Assembly (NCBI GenBank): GCA_964016885.1
Contig: OZ024742.1
Span: 149,668,001 to 149,732,000, forward strand
Direction of reading: 5' to 3'
From: Eledone cirrhosa
Taxonomy: Eukaryota
Length of the DNA stretch: 64,000 nucleotides
This document shows, piece after piece, positions 13,283 through 26,513 of the stretch (positions within the stretch are counted from its first letter, which is position 1; the number at the start of each line of letters is the position of its first letter). The translations under genes were made by a program, and so were the position numbers. The notes below the pieces were generated by a model. That model saw nothing but the letters and a program-made list of their open reading frames with translations. It did no database searches and was not told where the DNA came from.

Positions 13283-13320
13283 TATTTAAACCCTGGTATC
13301 ATCTGTAGACTTCTCAGTGG
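13283..13320 (+). promoter_or_regulatory. Candidate internal core promoter (TATA box plus initiator) for a short TnI isoform
   Basis: TATTTAAA at 13283-13290 and Inr-like TCAGT at 13314-13318 (A about 33 nt after the TATA start), followed by ACC-ATG-TCT|GTAAGT. Confidence 0.55.
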
Positions 13321-13396
13321 AGTGTTTTTTGCAACAGAAAGTAGTTAAGAGGGGTTACCTGTCTTCTGATTTTTTCTTCTCAAATTCACAATAACC

Positions 13397-13402
13397 ATGT
13401 CT
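13397..13402 (+). CDS. TnI: Coding part (Met-Ser) of a candidate alternative first exon of TnI; exon about 13316-13402, phase-0 donor
   Basis: ACCATG context, perfect GTAAGT donor at 13403, and phase 0 matching the acceptors at 22127 and 31804. Confidence 0.6.
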
Positions 13403-14502
13403 GTAAGTATATCCTTTTGTTGGTTCAACTACATAATTGTACCTTGGATCAATTTTTGTATGGATTTAACTGCATTGAGGTAAGTAAGGGATTGTTTAAT
13501 TGCATGGTGACATCCAAGATTTTTTTTTTTTTTTTGGCTTGTTTGATAAACTAGCTTCAAGAACACCAATTCCAAATTTCTAGTTATTCTCTACCTATAT
13601 ACAATCATAAATTAATTAAAAAAACTATAGTTTAGTTAAACTTCAATTCATTTTATTGAATGTATTTAATCTATTTATATTTCTCATTATGAAAAATATA
13701 AATAGATTTTCTCTTTATATAATGAACAAAATGTTTTAATGTGTTATTAAATATGCTAAATAAAAAACATATGTATATATGTATGTGTGTTTATAAGTAT
13801 GCATGTAATAGAACATAAAAAAGATTACTTTATTTAGCATATTTAATATATTAAAACTAACCTTTTTATTAGTACATTTTCTAATCTAACTATTTAGAAA
13901 TCTAAGTCAGTTATTATATGGATATATTTATTTTATTGAATCAAGACAATAATTTGGTTTTGAAAAGATTATTCAAAAATAATTTAAGTATTTATTTTTG
14001 TAATGTAGATAAATAAATCTAGATGTTTTTTCAAAACATTCTTTAAAGCTACATCTTTGAAGAGAGAGGAAAAAAATACAAAACACCTCAAAACAAAGAA
14101 GCCACAAAGTCATAGTCTTTTAATTCACTTTATTGATGGATGTCTAAAGTAACATTTGAGTGCTATTTATTTATTTATTTGTTTGTTTTTGATGTTATTT
14201 TCTGTGTATGCTTTAATTGAAGAACACTTGTTTGTGGGAAAGGAAACTCAGATTCTTAAAACTGATAGAAAAACAAGCAAAGATTTAACAATTCAAATTT
14301 ATGATTTTTTCTCTCTCCTTTCTTTATTCCTACAACTTGTTTCTTTGGTATTTCATAAAATTTAAAATTATTTCAATGGAAAATTTAAACACTTTTATGA
14401 CCATGTTTACAAACGAAATACACTGTATTTCAATTAATTAACGAAAAATTAGTGGGGGGATTTACTAAATTTCATCAGTAACATGGAATTTGCAATATTG
14501 AT

Positions 14503-14948
14503 GAAGGCGCATGGCTTAGTGGTTAGAGCATTGGGCTTGTAATTGAAAGGTTGTGAGTTCAATTCTCAGACAAGGTGATGTGTTGTTTCCTTGAGCAAGA
14601 CACATTGCTTTTCACATTGCTCCAGTTTACTCAGCTCTAGAAATGAGATGATAGGACTGGAGTCCCTATCATTCTACTGCAAAGTGGTCGTGGAGGTGCC
14701 ACGGCAAAAAAAAAAAAAGCACCCAGCCCACACTGTAAAGTGGACATGTAGGTTCCATGGCAAAAAAGCACCCAGCACTCACTGTAAATGAGGTTGGTGT
14801 TAGGAAGGGCATCCAGCTGTAGAAATCAAGCCAGAATCAGTTTCCATATGAGCAAGACAAGGTCAGCCGACTGGACACTGCCCACAACAGGACAAGTCCC
14901 ACCCTTGCAAGCAGGAAAAAGCGGACGTAAAATGATGAAAATGATGAA
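14503..14948 (+). mobile_element. CORE-type tRNA-SINE (family B) with a duplicated internal module, apparently nested in an older TTAA-type MITE
   Basis: tRNA head tggcttagtggttagagc...gagttcaattc; CORE-like ccttgagcaagacac...ctcagct...aaatgag; ttaggaagggcatccagctgtagaaa; ggacgtaaaatgatga tail. Confidence 0.85.
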
Positions 14949-16320
14949 AAGGTTTCTTATATAAAATTATATTGGAATGTTATAATTTAAAGAAGAACCC
15001 TTCAAAATAGGTGGTTAAGTTTCATAGATCCAGAGGTGGGTTGGTATGAAAAGAGTTAACAGAATTGTAGATGAACCACTTGTTAACCTTAAGTAGAGTA
15101 TCAGACAAAATGCCTTGCTTTTGTATATAGTTACAGTCTTTTATGTTCTGAGTTCAAATCCCACCAATTTCAACAAGGTAAATAATGGGTCAATTTAATT
15201 ATATTGTCCCTCCCTGTCAAACATTTCTGGCATTGTACCTTTGTAAAGAATTATTAATTTTGTCAGCGTACCGCATATTTGTTTTTTCTATCAAGTTGCC
15301 CTTCCCTTTGACACTTGAGACGTATTTTGTTTGATGCCAAATTGCCTGAAACCACCCATGGTTCTATGATACTAAGTTATTTATTTAAAAAGTTTTTATG
15401 TTTATCTAAAAATCTTCCATCATAATTTTATGTGAGAAACTTCAAACATTAGCTTAATCCCAAATACTTAATAATTTTGAAAATCAAAGACACTGCTATC
15501 TATTAGAGATATGGTAACAAAAAGGTTCAAAATGTAAAGGGATCAATAATAGAATGACTAAATTCTAACTATATTCCTAAGTTGTACCTTTCTTTGGAAA
15601 TATAGTAATGAGAGTGTTAAGACTTTAGCAGAAAAATGTTCAATAACTTGTCTAAAGACTGATAAAACATCAATCAATTGATATTAATTCTCATTATTTT
15701 GGTTTCCTAAATGCCTCCTTTTTTTTTTTACATACATATATCTTGAGTCAGTTAGGGAAACATTACATGGTTGACTGATTTACTAGACATAGCTGATAAA
15801 TTTTCCTCAAATCCCCTTGATCTGTTGGAAACAGTAGACAAAACCTCCCTATAAATAAATGCTACCACCTTCAAACGTGCTCATATTGGATAGTATTGTC
15901 TGCTGTCTGACAAGGTTGGAAATGTTGTCTGCAGTATGTTAAGGTGGAAAGAGTTGTCTGACATATGTTAAGGTGAAAAAGTTGTCTGATGTATGTTACA
16001 TGGGTAAATTGGGATGGTCACTATATGGAAAATGGGATAACTCCAATATAAAACCTGCGGCTCAGTAGTTAACGATGATGTTGATCTTTTCTTCTTTTCG
16101 GGTTATAGCTACTGTTGCTCAGAGAGTGGGATTGGCTCAGTGCAGTCTTTCCTCACTTTAAAAAATATCTTCATGCACAGGCATTGAACGATAGAATTAA
16201 TTAATAATTATTAATAATGGTATATCGTGCAATGGCCATACTCAATAATGAGGGGGCAGTCATCATCATCATATATATGTATGTATATCCAGTTTCATAT
16301 GTGTATATGTGTGTGTATGA

Positions 16321-16362
<42 letters not shown>

Positions 16363-16459
16363 ATTAAAATACTGGAGCGTGTTGGAGTTAAACACCCTCT
16401 TCGTATTATAGAAATGACAGTAAAAGGTATAGCTCAATGTAATTAAACAGAGCCGAAGA

Positions 16460-16586
16460 ATTATGAAAATAAAACAAAGAAGCTTTCAATACATCAAAAG
16501 TCTTTATTAGCCAACAATGTTTCGTCCAATATTGGCTAATAAAGACTTTTGATGTATTGAAGGCTTCTTTGTTTTATTTTCATAAT
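16460..16586. repeat. Foldback hairpin with 55-bp arms, probably a Penelope-like element end
   Basis: 16460-16514 pairs with 16532-16586 (1 mismatch); the loop reads ggacgaaacattg on the minus strand. Confidence 0.75.
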
Positions 16587-16626
16587 ATATATATATATAT
16601 GCATGTATGTTTGTATATATATCTAT

Positions 16627-16784
16627 CTAAGGCGGGTAAAATTCCCGAGATCCATGGACGAGTTCTCTCCAGCGGTCTCTGTCCCTCATTATCGCTGCCA
16701 TGTCCTGCATCACCAACAGACCAGTGTCTGTCCTTAGGGCATCAACATATGTTAACCTTGGTCTTCCTCTTCTAGTGTGTCCAT
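16627..16784 (-). mobile_element. RTE-clade LINE 3' end fragment
   Basis: Minus-strand translation [48 protein letters not shown] fits the RTE C-terminal RGRP...W pattern. Confidence 0.8.
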
Positions 16785-17452
16785 ATATGTATGTGTATAT
16801 ATGTATGTATATATATATATCCAGAGAATATCCAACTGATAAACTATGATTTTCCTGGGTATGTCTCTATTTATATATATATGTGTGTGTGTGTGTGTGT
16901 ATATCTGTGTGTGTGTATATATGTGTGTATATATGTGTGTGTGTATGTATGTATGTGTATATATATTTATGTATGTATGTATGTATGTATATCTATGTAT
17001 GTGTATATATATGTATGTATGTATATGTATATATGTATGTATATGTATATATGTATGTATATATATATGTATATATATATATATGTATGTATATATATAT
17101 GTATATATATATATATGTGTATGTATATATGTGTATGTATATATGTTTATGTATATATGTGTATGTATATATATGTATGTATATATACACATATATACAT
17201 ACATATATATGTGTATATATATGTGTATGTATATATATGTGTGTATGTATATATATATATTTATATATATATATATATATATTTGTGTGTGTGTATGTAT
17301 GTGTGTATGTATGTATATATGTGTGTATGTATGTATGTATATATGTGTGTGTATGTATATATAAATCTGTGTATTTATATGTATATATATGTATGTATAT
17401 ATATATGTATGTATATATATATATGTATATATATGTATATACATATATGTTA

Positions 17453-17755
17453 TTTTTGGTAAATATCATCTTGGTTAAGAGATTGGGACTGGCTTTGTGC
17501 AGTGCCTTTGCTCACTATAAAAGCTTCACGGCACATGCATTGCTTTATATCTGGAGATCTCTCTGCACTTGTCGTCACATGGTACCATGGGCCCAGCACT
17601 ATGTGTCAATATTTGTCACAAGTGTAGTGTTTGTACCAGAGTTTTCAAGTCGCTGACTGGACTAAAAGGTCACACTCGTTCAGCGCATCGGTAGGAGTTC
17701 TCCTACATTCATATAAAGTAGTGGCCGTACTCGAAAACGAGTTGGCAACCACCAT
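17453..17755 (+). mobile_element. 5'-truncated copy of the 3152-3760 element, embedded in TA/TATG microsatellite
   Basis: Near-identical reverse complement of 3152-3450; both ORF translations give [35 protein letters not shown]. Confidence 0.85.
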
Positions 17756-17882
17756 ATATATATGTATATATATATATATGTATGTATATGTATATATGTA
17801 TATATATATATATATATATGTATATGTATATATGTATATATATATGTATATGTATATATGTATATATATATGTATGTGTATG

Positions 17883-17913
<31 letters not shown>

Positions 17914-18220
17914 GTATGTATATATATGTATGTGTATGTATATGTATATATATATGTATGTATATGTATATATATATGTATGTATATATGTATGTATATG
18001 TATATATATATATGTGCATGTATATGTATATATATAAATGTATGTATATGTATATATATATGTATGTGTATGTATATATGTATGTGTATGTATATATATA
18101 TGTATGTGTATGTATATATGTATGTATATATGTATGTGTATGTATATATGTATGTGTATGTATATATGTATGTATGTATATATATATGTGTATGTAAATA
18201 TATGTATGTATATATATATA

Positions 18221-18417
18221 GTAGGACCTACTGCAAAATCAATACATGTTTTGTTACGAAGAATGAACTGTGACGTGAACTTATTTCTAAAAACCCATTC
18301 CGGAACACTTTTTAGTTTTTTATGCCCTTGAGAAGCCCTTTCGGGCGAAACGTACATAGGCCCTATTTTAAGTAAACATGTTTTAACGGTTTGTTCTCCC
18401 TTATATATTTCTTCATA
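18221..18417 (+). mobile_element. Penelope-like terminal fragment with a degenerate minimal hammerhead-like motif
   Basis: cttgagaa-gccc-tttc-gggc-gaaacgta at about 18327-18354 (stem II GCCC/GGGC, GAAA, ACGT palindrome); a unique island inside TA repeats. Confidence 0.5.
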
Positions 18418-18459
18418 TGTATATATATATATATGTATGTATATATATATATATATATG

Positions 18460-18569
<110 letters not shown>

Positions 18570-18642
18570 TGTATGTATATATATATGTATGTATATATAT
18601 ATATGTATGTGTATATATATATGTATGTATATATGTATGTGT

Positions 18643-18678
<36 letters not shown>

Positions 18679-19120
18679 GTATGTATGTGTATATATATGT
18701 ATGTATGTGTATATATATGTATGTATGTGTATATATATGTATGTATGTGTACATATATGTATGTATGTGTATATATATATATGTATGTATGTGTATATAT
18801 ATATGTATGTATGTATATGTATATATATATATGTATGTATATATATATGTATGTATACATATACATGTATGTATATATATGTATGTATATATGTATGTAT
18901 ATATATATGTATGTATATATATATGTATGTATATATATATATATGTGTATGTATGTATGTATGTATGTATGTATGTATGTATGTATATATATATGTATAT
19001 ATATATGTATGTATGTATGTATATGTATGTATATATATATGTATGTATGTATGTATATGTATGTATATATATATGTATGTACATATGTATGTGTGTATAT
19101 ATATGTGTATATATCTATAT

Positions 19121-19462
19121 GGAGGCACATGGCTTAGTGGTTAGAGCATTGGCCTTGCAATCGAAAGGTTGTGAGTTCAATTCTCAGACCGGGCGATGCG
19201 TTGTTTCCTTGAGTAAGACACTTTATTTCACATTGCTCCAGTTTACTCAGCTGTAGAAATGAGATGATAGGGACTGGGATCCCTATCATTCCACTGCAAA
19301 GTGGTTGTGGAGGTGCCACGGCAAAAAAGCACCCAGAACTCACTGTAAATGAGGTTGGTGTTAGGAAGGGCATCCAGCTGTAGAAATCAAGCCAGAATCA
19401 GTTCTCGTCCCACCCTTGCAAGCAGGGAAAAGCGGACGTAAAATGAAATAATGATGATGATG
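19121..19462 (+). mobile_element. CORE-type tRNA-SINE (family B), full length
   Basis: Same head, CORE-like block and tail as the copies at 14503, 29938 and 43361. Confidence 0.9.
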
Positions 19463-19547
19463 ATATATATATGTATATATATGTATATATATATATGTAT
19501 ATGTATATATATGTATATATATGTATGTATATGTATGTATATGTATG

Positions 19548-19595
<48 letters not shown>

Positions 19596-19617
19596 TATGT
19601 ATATATATATGTATATA

Positions 19618-19658
<41 letters not shown>

Positions 19659-19713
19659 ATATATGTATATATATGGATGTATATATATGGATGTATATAT
19701 ATGTATGTATATG

Positions 19714-19745
<32 letters not shown>

Positions 19746-19789
19746 TGTATGTATATGTATATATATATATGTATATATATATATGTATG

Positions 19790-19832
<43 letters not shown>

Positions 19833-20019
19833 GTATGTATATATATGTATATGTATGTATATATGTATGTATGTATGTATATATATATATGTATATATAT
19901 ATATGTATATATATATATGTATGTATATATATATATGTATATATATATATGTATGTATATATATATATATATGTATGTATATATATATATATGTATGTAT
20001 ATATATATGTATATATATG

Positions 20020-20058
<39 letters not shown>

Positions 20059-20061
20059 ATA

Positions 20062-20106
<45 letters not shown>

Positions 20107-20481
20107 ATATATATATGTATGTATGTGTATGTATATGTATATGTATATATATCTGTATGTATGTATGTATGTATGTATACATACATAAGTGTTAACATCA
20201 GTCAAGTAAAAAAAAAAAATTAATTATGATGATAGCAATAATAATCTTTGCCACATTTCTTCAAGTGTTCTTCTGCATATGCATAACTAATATTAAATGT
20301 CAGGCGTATTATGCCTTCTGCTTGAGCTCTTCATTTGATTTATTAATATACTAATACAGAGAAAGCTACTACCACCTTACTGGGATAAACATTACTTGTT
20401 AGCACCTTATTTGTCTACTTCACTTCAAGCCTTTTCATCAAAACACTGTGCAGTGTGTAAACATGTTATATATATATATAT

Positions 20482-21210
20482 ATACATATTTCAGAGGTAC
20501 TGAGCTATCTTCAACAGTACGTCCTCATCAGATAAAATATGATGATGCATGATATATATATTATACATATTTCAGAGGTACTGAGCTATCTTCTACAGTA
20601 CGTCCTCATCAGATAAAATATGATGATGCATGATATATATATTATACATATTTCAGAGGTACTGAGCTATCTTCTACAGTACGTCCTCATCAGATAAAAT
20701 ATGATGATGCATGATATATATATTATACATATTTCAGAGGTACTGAGCTATCTTCAACAGTACGTCCTCATCAGATAAAATATGATGATGCATGATATAT
20801 ATATTATACATATTTCAGAGGTACTGAGCTATCTTCAACAGTACGTCCTCATCAGATAAAATATGATGATGCATGATATATATATTATACATATTTCAGA
20901 GGTACTGAGCTATCTTCAACAGTACGTCCTCATCAGATAAAATATGATGATGCATGATATATATATTATACATATTTCAGAGGTACTGAGCTATCTTCAA
21001 CAGTACGTCCTCATCAGATAAAATATGATGATGCATGATATATATATTATACATATTTCAGAGGTACTGAGCTATCTTCTACAGTACGTCCTCATCAGAT
21101 AAAATATGATGATGCATGATATATATATTATACATATTTCAGAGGTACTGAGCTATCTTCAACAGTACGTCCTCATCAGATAAAATAAGAGATACATGAT
21201 ATATATATTC
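20482..21210 (-). repeat. Tandem array of 9 near-identical 81-bp units, each carrying a hammerhead-ribozyme-like core on the minus strand
   Basis: cagaggtac starts at 20492, 20573, 20654, 20735, 20816, 20897, 20978, 21059 and 21140. The minus strand reads tattttat-CTGATGA-ggacgtactg...cagtacctct-GAAA-tatgt. Confidence 0.9.
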
Positions 21211-22126
21211 ATACATATATATGTGATATATATATTATATATGTTTATGTGCACACTTATAAAAAGCTACTGTGTTAAGCAGGTTAACACAATATATATC
21301 TTGTGGGAAATTCAATCCTTTAAATTTCTGGTGTTTGGCTTATATCATTTAAGGAAAACTAGAATCGAGGCTTTATGATGTGTAGCCCTATATCTTATTG
21401 CCTATAATTTCAAATCCTCCCCTACACTCATACGCAGATTTAGTTTGCAATTTCAACCTTTGTTGTCTACAAACTATATAATGATATAAAACTGTAATCT
21501 ACCTACCTTTTATATAAGATTAAAATATGTTGTTCTGTTTTCATAATACATATATGCATGAGATTTTAGTTTATTTGTCTGTGAAAGATGAGAGTATTCT
21601 TTCCATCACCATGTTACTTATTTCCTATTAGAATTAATTGAGATTCTGATGCTTCTAAACAGTTCAAAATATTTCTTTGGATACGAGTTGTTGGCCCTGA
21701 GGTTATTTGGTTTATTTAAGCATTGTTCGACAATATTTACCTGTAGTGTAGTCTTAATTACTTATAGTTATCATACTTACAATATCAAGTGTGATAGTAT
21801 TTAATTATCTATCCACATCTTTATAGTATTTGGTAGCAACTTTTCACTAGTAATGTGAATTGATATTGATAAGAACAATGCTAGTTAATTCAATTGTGAT
21901 TTTTTAAATTATCTTTATCACTAAGATATATATTTTTTAAAATATTCTAGTATATTTGGTAGCTTTCTCTACATTTTATAAGTGTTCTGTATAGTTTTGC
22001 ATGAGTCAAATTGATTTTTTATTGATACATATCAGTTGTATTTTTGATTATTAATTTGAAAATTAATTGCTTTTGTTTTTTAACCATGTTGTGTTTTATA
22101 TGCATGTTATCCTTGCATGTTAACAG

Positions 22127-22555
22127 ATTAATGAACGTTATAAACATCTGGTTACCAATGACACATCAGATAACTGTGAACCCTCTCCTAATCACTTTAA
22201 CATTGAAAGAGATGTCACATATGGCCAGGATGATGAGGATGATGGTGATGATGAAAAGGAAGATGATGATGATGATGATTGTGATAGTGATTTTGAAGAA
22301 GGACCTGAAAAATCAGACACATCCCTGGAACTTCAGAACCACAGTGGAAATTCTGATGACTGTTTGAATCAGAAAACTAATTCTTTTTGTTCGCCTATTA
22401 AAAGAAATTTTGACTCATCCGCTGAGATTCGAGTAAGTACTGCAAATCCTCTGACAGATTCTGAGCGACTTTCAGCAAAAATACTGAATGATTTGTCTCC
22501 AAAGGTTGCCGCTGATGATTACACTTATAATACATCAAACATATCTGAAACAAGG
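22127..22555 (+). CDS. Candidate cassette exon, 143 aa, acidic/disordered (INERYKHL...GQDDEDDGDDEKEDDDDDDCDSDFEEGPEK...SNISETR); alternative in-frame donor after 22432
   Basis: taacAG acceptor at 22125-22126 with an in-frame TAA just upstream; no stops for 429 nt; donors GTAAGT at 22433 and GTGAGC at 22556, both phase 0. Confidence 0.65.
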
Positions 22556-24082
22556 GTGAGCAAATTAAAAAAATCTCATTTTTCTTACTACAACAGTATT
22601 AAATACTATCAAGTTATAATTTCTAAATACTTAGTTTTTAGTTTATATTTCATATTGTGCTGGGGTTGATTTAATCGACTTTCTGCTCTTCAAAATTGTT
22701 GACCTTGTGCCTAGATCAGAAACCATTATTTTTATTGTTAAGAATCAATTTCTCTTTATAAAATCTGATGATAATGACCACTATTTAAATTTTAGACAAA
22801 TAAAAGGCATGACATTCCCAAGAAGAATCATATTCCTAGCAGAGGTTCAAACTTGATGGATATACAAAAGAAAGTAAGCACTATCTATGTCAGAATTTAT
22901 TCTTTCAATTAGAACATTAGGTAAAGATTTATTAAAGCTCATTTCCCCTCGAGTCAACTTTGTCATGTGTTTCTTATGAAAGGTTGTTCTTCTTGCTTCA
23001 GACAACTGGATTTAAAGTTGAGTAGTTTCTATAAAAAAGGGGTATCCATATAACAAAAAATATTTGCTCCCATACTTTATACAAATATCTGATGTATGTA
23101 GAAAAATCTAGTTTATATCTGAGAAACTATCTATACAATTATATCTTATTCGCTCTCTCTCTGTTGGGGATTGTTAAGTTTTGGCATCTTGAAAGCTGAA
23201 TTCTCTAAGAAATATTTCAAAAGGAGCAAAATCAAATCCATTTTCCTTATGTTTAAATCATATATTAAAAGAAAGAAAGAGCAATAAATGATTAGTTTTC
23301 AAGTGATTGAGCCAAGAGATATCGTTATAAAATTATGTAATGGTATTTACAGTTGAAATAGTTTTACTTTTTTAACATTGTCCATCTATTTTTGGCTGGC
23401 AGTTAATATCCCACTGTTAGATTTATCTAAGAAACTTACAATGTTTATAGAACTTGCTATTTTTGTACTTTTTCCTAGCTATTGGCTCCACTTATTTCTT
23501 CTTTTGCTGCGTAATCTAAGACTATTTTCCTCTTTCCTTATCTCTTTCATAATGGAAAGAAGGAAAAATCTTAATATACACATATATCTTACTCATGCAT
23601 ATGCTTAGTTAGTGTTATGTTTATTCAAGTGTTAAATATGTAAGTCTTACACTTAGAATATCTACTGCTGTAGCTGCTACTGTCTTACTAAGTTCAAAAC
23701 CTTAATGTTGTCATTACGTTGTGCCTCTAAACAAGGTATCACATAATACCTACCTTAGTGCTGCTCACTAAAAAATAGATTCCACTTCATGGCTGGGTGA
23801 TTAACAGTAAGAAAGACATTCAGTCTGAAAGAGTATTTTCCCCACAATGCATATTCAAGTATCTGGAAAGAAAAGCTTGGGAAAAATGGACATAAAAGAA
23901 GAAAAAATAAAAGAGGGAAGGAAATGTATATTTGGGTTTTCTCACTTTTTAAAATAGTTTTCCCAACCCTATTAGAATATTAACTACTACAAGCTGTTAG
24001 ATATTGAACATTTAGAGCAGAGGTAGTTTTCTTTTACATTCTGTCTTGTCTTAACAAGAACAAAACATTTTTCCCCATACAG

Positions 24083-24148
24083 TTTGAAGCTGTGAGCAAA
24101 CAAGAGCCAAAGGAATTTGGTAAAAGAAATATAAACTTTCATGAAAAC
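24083..24148 (+). CDS. Candidate cassette exon, 22 aa (FEAVSKQEPKEFGKRNINFHEN), phase 0-0
   Basis: tttttccccatacAG acceptor, GTAAGC donor at 24149, 66 nt with no stop. Confidence 0.6.
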
Positions 24149-25759
24149 GTAAGCATCTCTGAGGAATTTATTGAATTTTATTTATCGTTAGGAAAATAAA
24201 TCTAAAAAACAAATCCACATCAGAATAATTTATTTAAATAGGTTTTAGTTTTGTAGAAATTGAAAAGCAAAAACATATTTTACATAAATTTGTAGTGTTT
24301 TTATTTATTATCTTATATATTATTAAAGAAAATACAAAACTAGATGCTTTATGATACTTCTTCATTTGGCACTCGAGGAGTTTAAATCCTATCTTGGTTG
24401 AATTTACTCTTCATGATTCTAGATTTAGTAAAATGTGAATCGATTTATGAATGTCACATCTACTAAGGTCTTGACTAAATATGGTTTTCATTTTAGCAGC
24501 AAAAAGGATCCCTTTTAGTTTTACATAGATTTAGCTGTTAGATTGAGCAGGTCATGTGGAAACATAGACAATCTCTTATCTCTTTTAACTTTATGCTAAT
24601 AATATACTGGAGTTGATCCAATTGGTTATATCTCAACTCTCTTATGAGATCCTGTTATCAGAGACAACATGACAAAGTAGACGTCACTGGTTGTTATAAT
24701 AATAATTTGGTATAAGGCTGATGGGTTGGCAGAGCTGTTAGAGTATCAGATAGAATGTGTTGCAGCATTTGTTCTGACTATCTGCACTCTGAGCTCAAAT
24801 CCTGCCAAGATCAACTTTGCCTTTCAGCTTAAATTGATAAAATAGTGTACCATTTCAGTAATGGGGTCAGTATAATCAGGTTTTCCTTCTCCCAAATTGC
24901 TGACCACGTGCCTATGTTAGAATTATGAATGTTTGGTAACCTCTACTGCAATTATAAGATTGCATTTTGAGCTAATGCTTTTACTTGATTCAATTTACCA
25001 GTTATGACATTAGAAAAAGTGCCCATAGGAAGTTGATCAACTAAGCATTTCTACTTTTCCGTGGGGGGGAGGGGGGTATCTTGCATTCGCTTCATGGTAC
25101 CTTAATTTACAGATGTCAACCAGCTCAATGAATCATTGTAAATACTTACAATTCTTTATTAAGTTAATTTTTGTTTCTTTCTTTATAAACTAAAATTAGC
25201 TCCATCTTTGATATAGAACAAGATAGGGCTAGTAGCGCGTGACATATTGTCAACCATATTTTGTTTTCTATCTTGTTAAAATGCTCAAGGCTGTTTTCTG
25301 AAGACTTCATACAAGTAATATGTGATGAATGTTCTAGCTTTACAGTGGATATGCAAGGAGGTTTATCCCTTAGCTTGTTTCACAGATTAAGAATAATGGA
25401 TAATTTCCGGCTGTCCTTGAGCTGATTGTTGCTGTTGGGGTGATCTGTGAAGCTTAGGCATGTTTTATTGATTTGATGGTTCAAATTCACTTGAAGAAGA
25501 AAGAGTGGATGAGGGATGGTGACATTCCTGGGGATATTTTTATGAAGCAAAGTGTACATGTAGTAGACATAATCTGTGTGAATTACCAAAACTGAGTTTC
25601 ATTTACATGCGGGATAAAAACTTCAGCATGCTATTATTGACTTATGTATGATGGCTCTATTTGTTCATGCTTGCCAATTCTAAATTGGACAAGGTGCTCC
25701 CATAGTTGGATGACTGGCATAAAAAAATATTTTCATTATTATTATTAAAATGATGGTGG

Positions 25760-26400
25760 TAAAATTGCTAGAGTGCCAGAGGAAATGTCTTTGTGTTTAG
25801 TTGTCCTTTTATATTCTGAATCTAAACTCTGCTAAGATAAACCTTGACATTCATCCTTTTGAGGTCAACAAAAATAGATGTACCAGTCAAATAATCTATT
25901 TATACTCTTCTCCAAGGTAATGTTTTGCCATTTTATGACAGAAATGCTAGGGCCAGTCTTAAAATTCCATGCAGCATTAGTTGGAGTTCAAATCCCACCA
26001 GTCTTGACTTTACCATTTATCTCCCTTGAATCAATTAAATTGATTACTTCATCCTCCAATATATGGTCTTGTGCGAATTTAGAAATTGTTATTACTATTA
26101 CTATTATATTTCTGGTATTTATTCTGACTCTTTACATTTTGAGTTCAAATCTGTCCAAGGTCAATTTTGCTTTTCATCCTTTTGACAGAATTGTTAGTGT
26201 TGTTTAAAATGTCCTGTAGTATTTATTCTGGCTTTTTAAATTCTGAGCTCAAATCTTGCTGACATTAGCTTTGTCTTTTTATCCTTCATAGGTTGATAAA
26301 ATAAAATACCAGTCAAGTACTGGAGTGAATTTAATCAACTTTCCTCTCCTCCCAAAATTGCTTACTTGTGCCTAATTTAGAAACTATTATCATTATTATT
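25760..26400 (+). mobile_element. Cluster of about 4 degenerate family A SINEs immediately upstream of the large exon
   Basis: Repeated gagttcaaatc / ttttcatcct / gataaaataaa..ccag blocks. Confidence 0.7.
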
Positions 26401-26513
26401 ATTTAATAAACCTTTTAGGTATTTTAGAAAATATTCTCTCTACCAATACTTTTGAAAACTGACATTATTATTATTATAATTGTATTATTCTATTGTTAAT
26501 TTACTTTTGCCAG

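Noticed and set aside
19134-19373. Recurring 79-84 aa ORF (also 29951-30205 and 43368-43607) suggesting a small gene family
   Set aside because: It is the antisense reading of family B SINE copies.
20482-21210. CRISPR-like regular array
   Set aside because: Units are identical along their whole length with no unique spacers, there are no cas genes, and the context is a eukaryotic intron.
25250-25720. Slightly GC-richer segment that could be an exon or LINE remnant
   Set aside because: The frames I read contain stops and no motif could be identified confidently.
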